Below, piece by piece: positions 37,787-47,221 of a DNA stretch of 64,000 nt. Below the pieces are notes generated by a model, which saw only the letters and a program-made list of their open reading frames with translations, did no database searches and was not told the origin of the DNA. Position 1 is the first letter of the stretch. Each line of letters opens with the position of its first letter. This DNA comes from Flavobacteriales bacterium (GTDB lineage: Bacteria > Bacteroidota > Bacteroidia > M30B66), in assembly GCA_040403315.1 (NCBI GenBank), contig JBBAKX010000003.1, forward strand, positions 29,627-93,626, written 5' to 3'. The position numbers and the translations under genes were made by a program.

Positions 37787-39055
37787 TTAGTCATTTTCTT
37801 TGATGCTTTCAACATATTTCTCCCAACTCAGATTTTTTTTAAATGCTGCGACATTTTCCTCTAAAATTGGTTGATGAATAAATCGTTCCATCGCAGCTGT
37901 CATGCTTTCAATGTTGTCAGCTTCTGCCAAATAGCCATTTTTTCCATCTTCTATGGCATTCGCAAAATGACCGACACGTGTGGCTAAAATGGGTTTATTG
38001 AAATTGTAGGCTATAGATTCTACTCCGCTTGGTGTCGCGTATTCATAGTAATTTACTACAACATCGCTGAGTTGAAAAAAACGATACACTTCTTCGTTTG
38101 CAATAAATCGATTAGCTACTAAAACCCGATTTTGAATTCCAAATTTTTCGATCAATTCCAATGGACGATAATCATTTTCTTGGTCGTTGCTTTTGATAAA
38201 AATCGACTTCAGCATTTTAAATATGGCCGATTTTAATTTCACATGCCATTTCTTTTTATCTACCGTATCCCAAAATGATTCTCCTGCGATAATTAAACTT
38301 GCATCAGGATACTTCTCAGCAATTCTTGAAAATGCTTCAATGGTATAATGAAGTCCTTTGTATTTCCGGATAAATCCAAAAAACAAAAACACTGTTGTTC
38401 CGAGTTTTTCCTTTTTTCGTTCTAGCTTAATATTGAAGTGTTCGTCAGGAGCGAAGATGTCATAAATAGGATGAAACAACCTCAGGATGGTTTTCATCTC
38501 TTTTGATCTTGCTCCATCGGTGCTCACTGCGAATTGAACTTCTGGCATAAATGCACTAAACTCATCAATTGTAATTTGGCCATGCATGATAAAGGTGTCG
38601 GCCTTTTTAAGCGCAAACCGGGTGAGCATTTTATCGAGTTCGCCCGTTTCTTTTTGTACAACATTGTGCACATCAAAAATGATTTCACATTTGGGCAGTT
38701 TCCGTTTCACGCTTTGAGCAATCACTCCCATTGGAAGTCCTTGGATGGCAATGGCCCACTGAAAAATCACTTTTTTAGGTGCAATTTTCGCAATTAGATT
38801 TGCCGTTTTAAACCAACTAATCGGATTGTTGTAATTGGTGATGTAGTGCACCTGTATTTTGCTTCCTTCTAACAAATTGGTTCGAGAGTTCCTATCGATA
38901 AAGTCGCGGGGAATGATTGCAGGATATTGTTGGGTCCAAGAAACCAAATGAACCTCATTTCCTTGTTTTTCCAATGCTTTGCAAAGGGAAACCGTAAAGT
39001 TGGAAATACCTCCTTTAAACTGAGGTCCAGGACCGAATACGACAACTTTTTGCAC
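37787..39055 (-). CDS. Glycosyltransferase family 4
   Basis: MQKVVVFGPGPQFKGGISNFTVSL start and a C-terminal GT1 core (GVESIAYNFNKPILATRVGHFANAIEDGKNGYL). Confidence 0.7.
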   Translation of the reverse strand: MQKVVVFGPGPQFKGGISNFTVSLCKALEKQGNEVHLVSWTQQYPAIIPRDFIDRNSRTNLLEGSKIQVHYITNYNNPISWFKTANLIAKIAPKKVIFQWAIAIQGLPMGVIAQSVKRKLPKCEIIFDVHNVVQKETGELDKMLTRFALKKADTFIMHGQITIDEFSAFMPEVQFAVSTDGARSKEMKTILRLFHPIYDIFAPDEHFNIKLERKKEKLGTTVFLFFGFIRKYKGLHYTIEAFSRIAEKYPDASLIIAGESFWDTVDKKKWHVKLKSAIFKMLKSIFIKSNDQENDYRPLELIEKFGIQNRVLVANRFIANEEVYRFFQLSDVVVNYYEYATPSGVESIAYNFNKPILATRVGHFANAIEDGKNGYLAEADNIESMTAAMERFIHQPILEENVAAFKKNLSWEKYVESIKEND

Positions 39056-39399
39056 GTTGCGAATATAACGGGTATTTCAATTATATATGTAGCGCACTCA
39101 TGCTGGTTTAGATTGCTGGAATTCAACAATTAAAAACTTCTTTTCACAGCTCCAAGCAAGTTTATTCGGGATTCGTGCATTGAAAAACACCGTAATTATC
39201 AGACATTCAGTTTTCTATAACCAACAGTTGTGCGACTTTTCAAAATTTCAGCTGTAAGCATTCTATTAAATTTGCAGGAACAATCATTCAGCATTTAAGG
39301 TATTAACATACAAATCAGATTTTGGAAAACGTTGTTCAAAAGACGCGCAACATTCTTGAAAACTGAAACGTCACACACACGATCTTTAACCTTAAAAAT

Positions 39400-40215
39400 A
39401 TGATTAGCAAACTTTTCGCCCCAGTTTTAGGCCTTATTCTAATGGCAGGGCAACTTTCGGCAGCAGAAAGCATCGTTCGGGTATCTCAATCATTGTCTCA
39501 ACAAAAGGCTTATGCAGGTGGTACATTTTTGGTGAAAATTCGCATCGAACGACGAAATCTCGACAGTTACTTCCAGATTCAACAAGATCTTCCTAAAGGA
39601 ATGGAAGCAACAGGCGTAGAAAGTCAAGGTGCTACTTTCACCTTTAAGGATGGAAAAGTAAAATATACTTGGCTTCGTTTGCCAGCAACTGAAGAAGTTC
39701 AGGTAATGTACAAGGTAACTGTACCTTTCGAAATGCGCGGTGCACAAGCCATTAAAGGCAACTACTACTACATTCGTGAGGAAGAAAAGGAATCATATCC
39801 TCTTCCAGTTAACAATATTGAAGTTATCGAGAATGCGGCACCTTCTGATTCTTTGGCAGAAAAAACTTTGCTCGGCATTATTAATAATGACGCAAATAAG
39901 CCTTCCTACACTTCAGAAGAAAAGCCAGATTTGTTATTCAAAGTGCAAATCTTGAGTTCTACACGTAAACTCAATCGTGATTCGCTGAGCAAAGAATACA
40001 ATGTAAAAGATGTTGTGGATGAAGAGAATTTTAACGGTTTGTTCAAATACACTGTTGGGAACTTCAAGACCTACGAATCAGCGCGAGATTTCAAAAATCG
40101 ACTCGATTTCCAAAAATATATTCCATTCGTAATTGCATACAACCGTGGTGCACGAATTACTGTTGGAGAAGCGATGCAACTGGCATCTAAACGTAAAACA
40201 GTAGCGAAAAACTAA
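39400..40215 (+). CDS. Secreted SPOR-domain (septal peptidoglycan-binding) protein, paralog A
   Basis: Signal peptide. N-terminal beta-sandwich-like domain (QQDLPKGMEATGVES...KYTWLRLP). C-terminal SPOR domain FKVQILSSTRKLNRDSL...NGLFKYTVGNFKTYESARDFKNRL...VIAYNRGARI. Confidence 0.6.
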   Translation: MISKLFAPVLGLILMAGQLSAAESIVRVSQSLSQQKAYAGGTFLVKIRIERRNLDSYFQIQQDLPKGMEATGVESQGATFTFKDGKVKYTWLRLPATEEVQVMYKVTVPFEMRGAQAIKGNYYYIREEEKESYPLPVNNIEVIENAAPSDSLAEKTLLGIINNDANKPSYTSEEKPDLLFKVQILSSTRKLNRDSLSKEYNVKDVVDEENFNGLFKYTVGNFKTYESARDFKNRLDFQKYIPFVIAYNRGARITVGEAMQLASKRKTVAKN

Positions 40216-40324
40216 GAAGATTTTTATTCGAATTTATTAACGCTCCGTTGGTCTTCCATCGGAGCGTTAATTTTTTACAATTAACTCAAGTAAAGTTTCA
40301 GCTTGTTTTTGCGAACTTCGCAGG

Positions 40325-41344
40325 ATGAAGCATCTGTTATGTTTCGCATGGCTGTTACTTTTTCAGCAGGCTGCGCAAAGTCAGAAACTAAATTACCAAT
40401 TGCCCAAAGAATTTAAATCGGGCGAGGAAATCGTTGTATCAATCGCCATTCCTATCAAGGATCTCAAAGGAATTGCCAGATTTCAACAAGAGTTTCCGAA
40501 AGGTTTCGAAGTAAGTGAGTTGAAAAATGACGGCTCTATTATTTCCTTTTCCAATAGCCTCCTTCAATTTTTGTGGATTCAGCTTCCACTAAAAGATAGC
40601 CTAAGTGTTTCTTATAAGTTGCGCTGTTTGCCTGGCTTTGGAGGAAAAATAGAGGTTCCTTCGAGATTCTTCTTCCTTAATGGTTCCGTGCGTGAAGAAT
40701 CGGTTTTCAATCCGATGCCGCTATCTGTTAGTGGAGAGGTCTCTAAAAAATTCCAAGCATACAAACAAGATAAGCCAACCGATGCTTCACCAGTAAAGCC
40801 TGATGCAAAATCTTCAACCATTACCTCCGATAAATCTACCCCAGTAAAGTCCTCCACAACTCAGCCGAAATCTGTAGCACCCTCAAATGAGAAGGAAGAG
40901 AAACCTTCGGCTACAGCTACAAAAAAAGAGAATGCCGCGAATTCAACTGCAGTCAAAGAAGCGCCTGTTGCGAAAAAAGAAACAGCACCTGTTCCTGATA
41001 AAATATCAACGACCCAAACGAATGCCATTCCAGTTTCCAACAAACCCAAAGTGGAAGGCGCTGCTTCTGGAGATAAAATATCTTTTCGCATTCAACTTGC
41101 AGCTTCTTCAGAAAAGGGCAATCTAAAAGATCTGTCTAGCAAATTCGGTGTTCCAGAAAAGGATATCCGTGAGGAAACCCACAACGGTCTTTTCAAATAC
41201 ACCACAGGAGAATTTAACTCGCTAGCTGAGGCTCGAAAATCTATGTCGGCAAACCCCAAAATGAAGCAAGGTGCTTTTGTAGCTGGATACAACAAAGGAA
41301 TTCGAATCGATCTTGAAGAAGCCATTAGAATGAGTAAGAAATAA
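40325..41344 (+). CDS. Secreted SPOR-domain protein, paralog B, with Pro/Lys/Ser/Thr-rich linker
   Basis: Same architecture as paralog A (QQEFPKGFEVSEL...FLWIQLP; SPOR FRIQLAASSEKGNLKDL...NGLFKYTTGEFNSLAEARKSMS...VAGYNKGIRI). About 90-aa low-complexity linker between the two domains. Confidence 0.6.
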   Translation: MKHLLCFAWLLLFQQAAQSQKLNYQLPKEFKSGEEIVVSIAIPIKDLKGIARFQQEFPKGFEVSELKNDGSIISFSNSLLQFLWIQLPLKDSLSVSYKLRCLPGFGGKIEVPSRFFFLNGSVREESVFNPMPLSVSGEVSKKFQAYKQDKPTDASPVKPDAKSSTITSDKSTPVKSSTTQPKSVAPSNEKEEKPSATATKKENAANSTAVKEAPVAKKETAPVPDKISTTQTNAIPVSNKPKVEGAASGDKISFRIQLAASSEKGNLKDLSSKFGVPEKDIREETHNGLFKYTTGEFNSLAEARKSMSANPKMKQGAFVAGYNKGIRIDLEEAIRMSKK

Positions 41345-42351
41345 TGAGCATATATACTGAGCGACAACGACGACAGCTTGTCATTATCATAACGGTGATA
41401 ATGGGGGCTTTTTTGTTTTGGTTAATGCGTGATATTATTCCTGCATTTCTTGGTGCCGTTGTGATGTATGTTTTATTTCGCCCACTTTTTGCCGTTTTTT
41501 TAATCAAGTGGAATTTCCCAAAATGGTTAGCCACTTTGTCGGTTGTAATGCTGTCGTTCTTACTATTGGTTTTACCTTTTGTAGTTGTCGGTTTTATGAT
41601 CACCGACAAGGTGAAACTGTTGCTTCAACAAACCGATTCTATCAATGCCATTTTGTATCGAGTGCAAGATTATATCGGGTACGATTTCCATGATCCAGCA
41701 ACTTTGAACAAGCTTATTCAATCGGTGCAGGGAAGCCTTTTTGGAAGCGTGAGTTCGATAATCAGTGGAGTAGGAGGGATGTTTCTTACTGTGGCTATCA
41801 TGTATTTCATTCTTTGGTTCATGTGGATGAATTACAATAAATTTGAAAAGACACTTGTCAAGATTGTCCCTTTTTCTCGAATCGAGTCGGATCAATTTGC
41901 CGATGAACTGAAGAGTTCAACTTTTGGAAATGTTCTAGGTCAAGGCGCAATTTGTTTGGTGCAAGCAACTTTACTTTCTATCGGATTTGTAATTTTTGGT
42001 TTGGAAGATCCAATCTTCTGGGGCACTATTACCTTTTTTGTTTCATTCCTTCCAGTTGTGGGTGCTCCTCTGGTTTTTGTGCCAGCAGGACTTATCGCTT
42101 TAGCCTACGGAGATTCTTATGGAGGCTATGGTATAATGATTTATGGTTTTGTATTGGTTACTAACATCGACAATGTATTGCGACTTTTTATTTCACGCTA
42201 TTTTGCGGATACACATCCTTTAATCACCATTTTGGGCGTTATAGCTGGCATTCCTGTTTTTGGCATTTTGGGATTGGTGTTTGGTCCTTTGTTAATTTCT
42301 TGGTTTTTACTTTTAACCCGCATACTAATTAAGACTGAAACCAAGGTTTAA
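41344..42351 (+). CDS. AI-2E family transporter (PerM / UPF0118)
   Basis: 8 TM helices. Family-typical N-terminus (RQLVIIITVIMGAFLFWLMRDIIPAFLGAVVMYVLFRPLF). Start overlaps the upstream stop (TAATG). Confidence 0.8.
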   Translation: MSIYTERQRRQLVIIITVIMGAFLFWLMRDIIPAFLGAVVMYVLFRPLFAVFLIKWNFPKWLATLSVVMLSFLLLVLPFVVVGFMITDKVKLLLQQTDSINAILYRVQDYIGYDFHDPATLNKLIQSVQGSLFGSVSSIISGVGGMFLTVAIMYFILWFMWMNYNKFEKTLVKIVPFSRIESDQFADELKSSTFGNVLGQGAICLVQATLLSIGFVIFGLEDPIFWGTITFFVSFLPVVGAPLVFVPAGLIALAYGDSYGGYGIMIYGFVLVTNIDNVLRLFISRYFADTHPLITILGVIAGIPVFGILGLVFGPLLISWFLLLTRILIKTETKV

Positions 42352-42548
42352 TTAATTTAGTTTGTAATTTGAATTTCAGATAATTAAGGCCAATAAATAC
42401 TTTTTGTGTTTTATAATAACTGTCGTAGAATCAATAAATAGAGATGTAGAAAGTAACTATTGTCAATAGGGAATTTGCACTAATAATGGATGACAATATT
42501 TAGCTGATTCCTGTATTTTAACTTGTAATTTTTACGAACTTGCCTCCA

Positions 42549-42929
42549 ATGATAAAGACTTTTGTAAATATCTCTCTGCTTTGTGTGGCAATTTTGAGTC
42601 TTTCAGGCTGCTACTATGATGTAGAAGACGAACTATACCCTGATAACAATGTTTCATGCGATACTATAGCAGTAAATTTTTCTGTTGTAAAGCCAATTTT
42701 TGATTCGAAATGCGTTGGCTGCCATGGCGGTGCCTCACCATTAGCAGGAATCAAATTGGATACTTACTTAGATACCAAAGCCTATTTAGATGGCGCTGCT
42801 GCAACTTTGGTTTCTTCAGTAAAACGCGATGGAAATGCATCGAATATGCCTCAAGGCCAGCCGAAATTGGAAGCTTGCGACATAAGCAAAATATCTGCTT
42901 GGGTGGCTGCTGGATACCCCGAGAATTAA
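42549..42929 (+). CDS. Small lipoprotein with CxxCH heme-binding motif (PSCyt1-like cytochrome c domain)
   Basis: Lipobox LSGC. FDSKCVGCHGGASPLAGIKLDTY matches the planctomycete-type cytochrome c (PSCyt1) pattern I..PI....C..CHG......gL.L. Confidence 0.5.
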   Translation: MIKTFVNISLLCVAILSLSGCYYDVEDELYPDNNVSCDTIAVNFSVVKPIFDSKCVGCHGGASPLAGIKLDTYLDTKAYLDGAAATLVSSVKRDGNASNMPQGQPKLEACDISKISAWVAAGYPEN

Positions 42930-42974
42930 TTTTGGCACTGTTTTTATCTCCCATTCATAAAAATCCCTTCTCAC

Positions 42975-43532
42975 ATGAAAATCAATAAATTATTTGCTGG
43001 AATCCTCATTCTAGCCGGAGCATTTCAGGTAAATGCTCAAGACATGCATCAAACTAGAACTGCAAAAATTCAATTCTTCTCCAAAACATCAGTTGAAAAT
43101 ATTGATGCAGTGAATAAGGAAGCAACATCTTTCTTGAATACAAAAACTGGAGATGTTGTTTTTGCTTCGTTAATTAAAAGCTTCCGTTTTGAAAAAGCAC
43201 TTATGGAAGAGCATTTTAACGAGAATTACATGGAAAGCACCAAATTTCCTAAATCAGATTTCAAAGGAAAAATAGCCAATCTAGCAGATGTTGATTTTTC
43301 TAAAGATGGCATGTACAAAGCAAAAGTTACAGGAAACCTTACCATGCATGGTGTAACCCAACCTGCTACTGCTGATGCAATCATCACTGTTAAAGGCGGT
43401 AAAATCTCAGCTTCATCTAAATTCAAAGTAAAACTTGCCGATTACAAGATCGAACGTCCTGTTGTTGTAGCTGATAAAATCTCCGATACAATTGAAATTT
43501 CAGTTGACGCGGCTTACGAGCCAAAGAAATAA
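42975..43532 (+). CDS. YceI-like periplasmic (polyisoprenoid-binding) protein
   Basis: Signal peptide, then the YceI pattern (KIQFFSKTSVENI...F.G.......D.S...Y...G.LT.HGVT.P......I). Confidence 0.75.
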   Translation: MKINKLFAGILILAGAFQVNAQDMHQTRTAKIQFFSKTSVENIDAVNKEATSFLNTKTGDVVFASLIKSFRFEKALMEEHFNENYMESTKFPKSDFKGKIANLADVDFSKDGMYKAKVTGNLTMHGVTQPATADAIITVKGGKISASSKFKVKLADYKIERPVVVADKISDTIEISVDAAYEPKK

Positions 43533-43550
43533 CCTACAATTATCATTCAA

Positions 43551-43579
43551 GGCCGGAGTTTTTCCGGCCTTTATTTTTG
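43551..43579 (+). terminator. Rho-independent terminator after the yceI-like gene
   Basis: GGCCGGA-gttttt-TCCGGCC followed by TTTATTTTT. Confidence 0.65.
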
Positions 43580-43583
43580 CCCT

Positions 43584-44483
43584 ATGCTAAGCCAATCTAG
43601 ATTTCTTTTGCTTTCTATTTTACTGTTAACATCAGCCGCATTTGCACAACCGGTTGATGATGAAATGGCTAAGCTCCTCGAAGCTTCATTGGCAGAGCAA
43701 GAAACGCCTGAATACGCAGCAGCAACCTTCAAAACTACCCGTTTGGTGAATGGGCACACCAACGAACAAGTGGCCGCAGGTGTTTTGGATTTTCGAATTT
43801 CTCACCGATTCGGTGCCTTTAATACAGGAGCTTACAACTTTTTCGGACTCGATGTGGCATCCATGCGAATGGCGCTCGAATACGGATTAACGCCTTGGCT
43901 TACAATTGGCGGAGGAAGAAGTACTTACGAAAAAACTTATGATGGATTCGCAAAGTTTCGCTTATTGCGCCAAAGCTCAGGTAAAAAAGTGATGCCTTTT
44001 TCACTTAATTATTTCTCATCATGGGCAGTGAAAACGCTCAAATTTTCAAATCCTGACCTCAAAAATTATTACACATCAAACTTCTATTTCACCAATCAAA
44101 TCATAATTGCTCGAAAATTCTCCGATAGCTTTTCGTTCATGCTTGCACCAACAGTTGTGCACAGGAATTTGGTTGCCTCGGTTAATGATGACAATGACCT
44201 AATCTCTTTGGGTGTTGGTGGTCGATTGAAGCTAACCCGCCGCATGAGCATTAATGCAGAGTATTATTACCAATTTAACAAGCCCGAAGGCTCAGTTAAT
44301 AGTTTATCGATAGGGTTTGATATTGAAACCGGCGGACACGTATTTCAGATTTCTTTCACCAACTCACCAGCAATGATTGAACGCGCTTTCATTAACGAAA
44401 CAACTGGTCGTTGGGACAAAGGCGATATCATCGGAGGTTTCTGTATCTCCAGAAATTTCACACTTTTCGATCCTCGCAAATAA
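43584..44483 (+). CDS. Secreted putative outer-membrane beta-barrel protein (DUF5777-like)
   Basis: Signal peptide LLLSILLLTSAAFAQ. Alternating amphipathic beta-strand pattern with aromatic residues. Ends in F. Family assignment tentative. Confidence 0.4.
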   Translation: MLSQSRFLLLSILLLTSAAFAQPVDDEMAKLLEASLAEQETPEYAAATFKTTRLVNGHTNEQVAAGVLDFRISHRFGAFNTGAYNFFGLDVASMRMALEYGLTPWLTIGGGRSTYEKTYDGFAKFRLLRQSSGKKVMPFSLNYFSSWAVKTLKFSNPDLKNYYTSNFYFTNQIIIARKFSDSFSFMLAPTVVHRNLVASVNDDNDLISLGVGGRLKLTRRMSINAEYYYQFNKPEGSVNSLSIGFDIETGGHVFQISFTNSPAMIERAFINETTGRWDKGDIIGGFCISRNFTLFDPRK

Positions 44484-44488
44484 TAGTC

Positions 44489-45991
44489 TTAGTTTAAATT
44501 GTAGTCCTCTTCATCTGCATCGAAGTCTTCATCGCTGAATACGCTCGACATAAGATCTTTAAACAATACGTTACTATCTAGCGCCATTCGATTGATCAAC
44601 GAAAAGGATGCTAAACCGTAAAGTGTAAATTCCATCAACAACAACTTCTCATCTTCGTTTGCTTCCTTGTGGAATTGCTTCACAAGTGCCTCCAATCCTT
44701 CAACCAACAACAATTTCTCTCTCCAACCCGCATTTGGTTCATCTAGAAGAAGATCAACCTCATTGTTTTGGTTAAACCAGAGAATTACTTGTTCGTACGG
44801 GTTTTTCTCTTTTGCACGTTTGATGCGCTCAGGATCGGGAAAGTAATTTACAAATTGAGTGCGTATTGCCTTCGAAATGAGGAATTTCGCCACATTAACC
44901 GGGCCTTCTTGCTCGCCTTCATAAACCAACTCGATTTTACCGTTGATGGCAGGAATGGTTCCCCACAAGTCGCTCACGCGTGCAATCGTTTTCTTTTCGC
45001 CATTGATCAATGCTCTGCGTTCTGCAGTGCTCACCAAATTCTCGAATGCCGAAATGCTCAATCGTGCAGAAACCCCACTTTTAGGATCCACAAAATCTGA
45101 ACTTCTTGCCTCGAATCCAATTTGTTCCACTAAATCGCGAAGCATTTCCGGAACTTCAACCAAATCGGTTTGTTCTTTTGGCAAATTAGCCTCTTGCGCG
45201 GTGATGGTTTTTGCAATCTTGATGCTTTTCGGGTAGTGCGTTACGATTTGACTTTCGATCCTGTCTTTCAACGGAGTCACAATCGAACCTCTATTGGTGT
45301 AATCTTCTGGGTTTGCTGTGAAGATAAAGCGAATGTCGAGTGCCAAGCGCATTCTGAATCCTCTGATCTGAATATCGCCTTCCTGTAAGATATTGAACAA
45401 CGCAACTTGAATTCTGGCTTGAAGATCCGGCAACTCGTTGATCACGAAAATGCATCTGTTCGATCTTGGAATCAATCCGAAGTGAATTGCGCGTTCGTCG
45501 GAATAAGATATTTTAAGGTTTGCAGCTTTGATCGGATCAATATCGCCAATCAAATCGGCTACTGTAACATCAGGTGTGGCAAGCTTTTCAACGAAACGAT
45601 CATCCCGATGCATCCAGAAAATTTCGGTTTGGTCGCCATGAATTGAAATGTACTCTTTTGCCGAATTGGTGAGTGGCTGCAATGGATCTTCATTGATTTC
45701 TGAACCCTTCAAAACAGGAATATACTCATCCAACAGCGATGTCATTTGGCGCGCAATTCTCGTTTTTGCCTGTCCGCGCAACCCCAATAAATTGATGTTG
45801 TGCCCCGAAAGTATTGCCCGTTGAATATCTGGCATCACCGTTTTTTCGTAGCCCAAAATCCCCGGAAACGGGTTACGGTTGTTGCGGATGGCATCGATCA
45901 AGTTTTCGCGCAATTCGGAACTAATTGATCTGCTTTTGTAACCACTGGCTTTTAATTCGCCAAGGGTTTTCATTTTGAGGAGTTCGTTCAT
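44489..45991 (-). CDS. ChlI/BchI-like AAA+ ATPase (Mg-chelatase subunit I homolog, non-photosynthetic)
   Basis: Walker A LGLRGQAKT. Walker B region CIFVINELPDL. Follows the ChlI layout (ALFNILQEGDIQIRGF, FIFTANPEDYTNRGSIVTPLKDR). Acidic C-terminal tail. Confidence 0.7.
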   Translation of the reverse strand: MNELLKMKTLGELKASGYKSRSISSELRENLIDAIRNNRNPFPGILGYEKTVMPDIQRAILSGHNINLLGLRGQAKTRIARQMTSLLDEYIPVLKGSEINEDPLQPLTNSAKEYISIHGDQTEIFWMHRDDRFVEKLATPDVTVADLIGDIDPIKAANLKISYSDERAIHFGLIPRSNRCIFVINELPDLQARIQVALFNILQEGDIQIRGFRMRLALDIRFIFTANPEDYTNRGSIVTPLKDRIESQIVTHYPKSIKIAKTITAQEANLPKEQTDLVEVPEMLRDLVEQIGFEARSSDFVDPKSGVSARLSISAFENLVSTAERRALINGEKKTIARVSDLWGTIPAINGKIELVYEGEQEGPVNVAKFLISKAIRTQFVNYFPDPERIKRAKEKNPYEQVILWFNQNNEVDLLLDEPNAGWREKLLLVEGLEALVKQFHKEANEDEKLLLMEFTLYGLASFSLINRMALDSNVLFKDLMSSVFSDEDFDADEEDYNLN

Positions 45992-45997
45992 CAGAAC

Positions 45998-47086
45998 TTA
46001 AAGTTTTTTATTTCGGTTACGTTCAAAGTCGGCAAAAACAAGATCTCCTAGGCCTTTTAACCCTGTGAAGAATGCCTTACCTCCATTTGCTTCCGTGAAT
46101 TCATTTACAAAATCCTGCAACCAGGAATCAGTGGCCACCATAAATGTGGTTACTGGAATTTTTAGTTTTTTACACTGCACTGCGAGTGCGAGTGTGCGGT
46201 TCACAATCTTACGATCGAGTCCGTTCGAGTTTTTATAGTACGAATCACCAACTTTCAAACAGGTAGGTTTGCCATCGGTGATCATGAAAATCTGCTTGTT
46301 CTGATTTTTTCTTCTGCGCAACAAATCCATCGAGAGCTCCAAACCTGCAACTGTGTTAGTGTGGAAGGGACCAACCTGTAAATACGGAATATCTTTTACC
46401 TCAATTTGCCAAGCATCATTTCCAAATACGATCACATCGAGTGTGTCTTTTGGATACTTAATTCTGATCAGTTCTGCCAGAGCCAAGGCAACACGTTTTG
46501 CAGGAGTGATTCGGTCTTCACCGTAAAGAATCATCGAGTGTGAAATATCGATCATCAAAACAGTGGATGTTTGCGTTTTGTATTCACGCTCCATCACTTC
46601 CAAGTCTTTCTCTTCGAGGATTAAATCTCCGATGCCATGGTTCACTTGTGCGTTTCTGATCGAATCGGTTAACGAAATGCTCTCGGCAGGATCGCCAAAT
46701 TCGTAGGCTCTGCGGCCTGTTCCGGATTCGTCGCCGTTGCCACTGTAACGCGTCGACCTTTGACCTTCCTTGCCCTTTTTTAACTTTCCGAAAATCTGAT
46801 CGAGTGCTCCACGGCGAATTTCACCTTCCGTTTTGGGTGTCATCTGCAAGTTTCCTGGCTCATCTTCTTTGAGATAACCTTTGCGCTTGAGGTCTTCCAC
46901 AAAATCACCCATTCCATAATCGTCGTCGGTGAGTTTGTGTTGACGATCGATCTCGTTCATCCAACTTAATGCTTCGCCTACATCACCGGAGGTATGTAAG
47001 AGAATTTCCTTGAATAGATCAAACAGCCGTGTAAACGGATCTTGTTCATCATCAGGATCATACCGGGCAAATCGAAATCCTTCCAT
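45998..47086 (-). CDS. VWA-domain protein (ChlD-like partner of the AAA+ ATPase)
   Basis: C-terminal von Willebrand A domain with MIDAS-like VLMIDISHSM...ITDGKPT. 6 nt from the ChlI-like gene on the same strand. Confidence 0.7.
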   Translation of the reverse strand: MEGFRFARYDPDDEQDPFTRLFDLFKEILLHTSGDVGEALSWMNEIDRQHKLTDDDYGMGDFVEDLKRKGYLKEDEPGNLQMTPKTEGEIRRGALDQIFGKLKKGKEGQRSTRYSGNGDESGTGRRAYEFGDPAESISLTDSIRNAQVNHGIGDLILEEKDLEVMEREYKTQTSTVLMIDISHSMILYGEDRITPAKRVALALAELIRIKYPKDTLDVIVFGNDAWQIEVKDIPYLQVGPFHTNTVAGLELSMDLLRRRKNQNKQIFMITDGKPTCLKVGDSYYKNSNGLDRKIVNRTLALAVQCKKLKIPVTTFMVATDSWLQDFVNEFTEANGGKAFFTGLKGLGDLVFADFERNRNKKL

Positions 47087-47221
47087 CGTTCAGTAAGATA
47101 TAGAACAATTGCGGGTTCGTAAGGTTCGATTTTTCTTAGAACGTGAAATAATCGTGAAGCCAAAATGAAAAATCCCGCAACCATCAAAAGACGATTGCAG
47201 GATTTAATTTTTGATGACATT

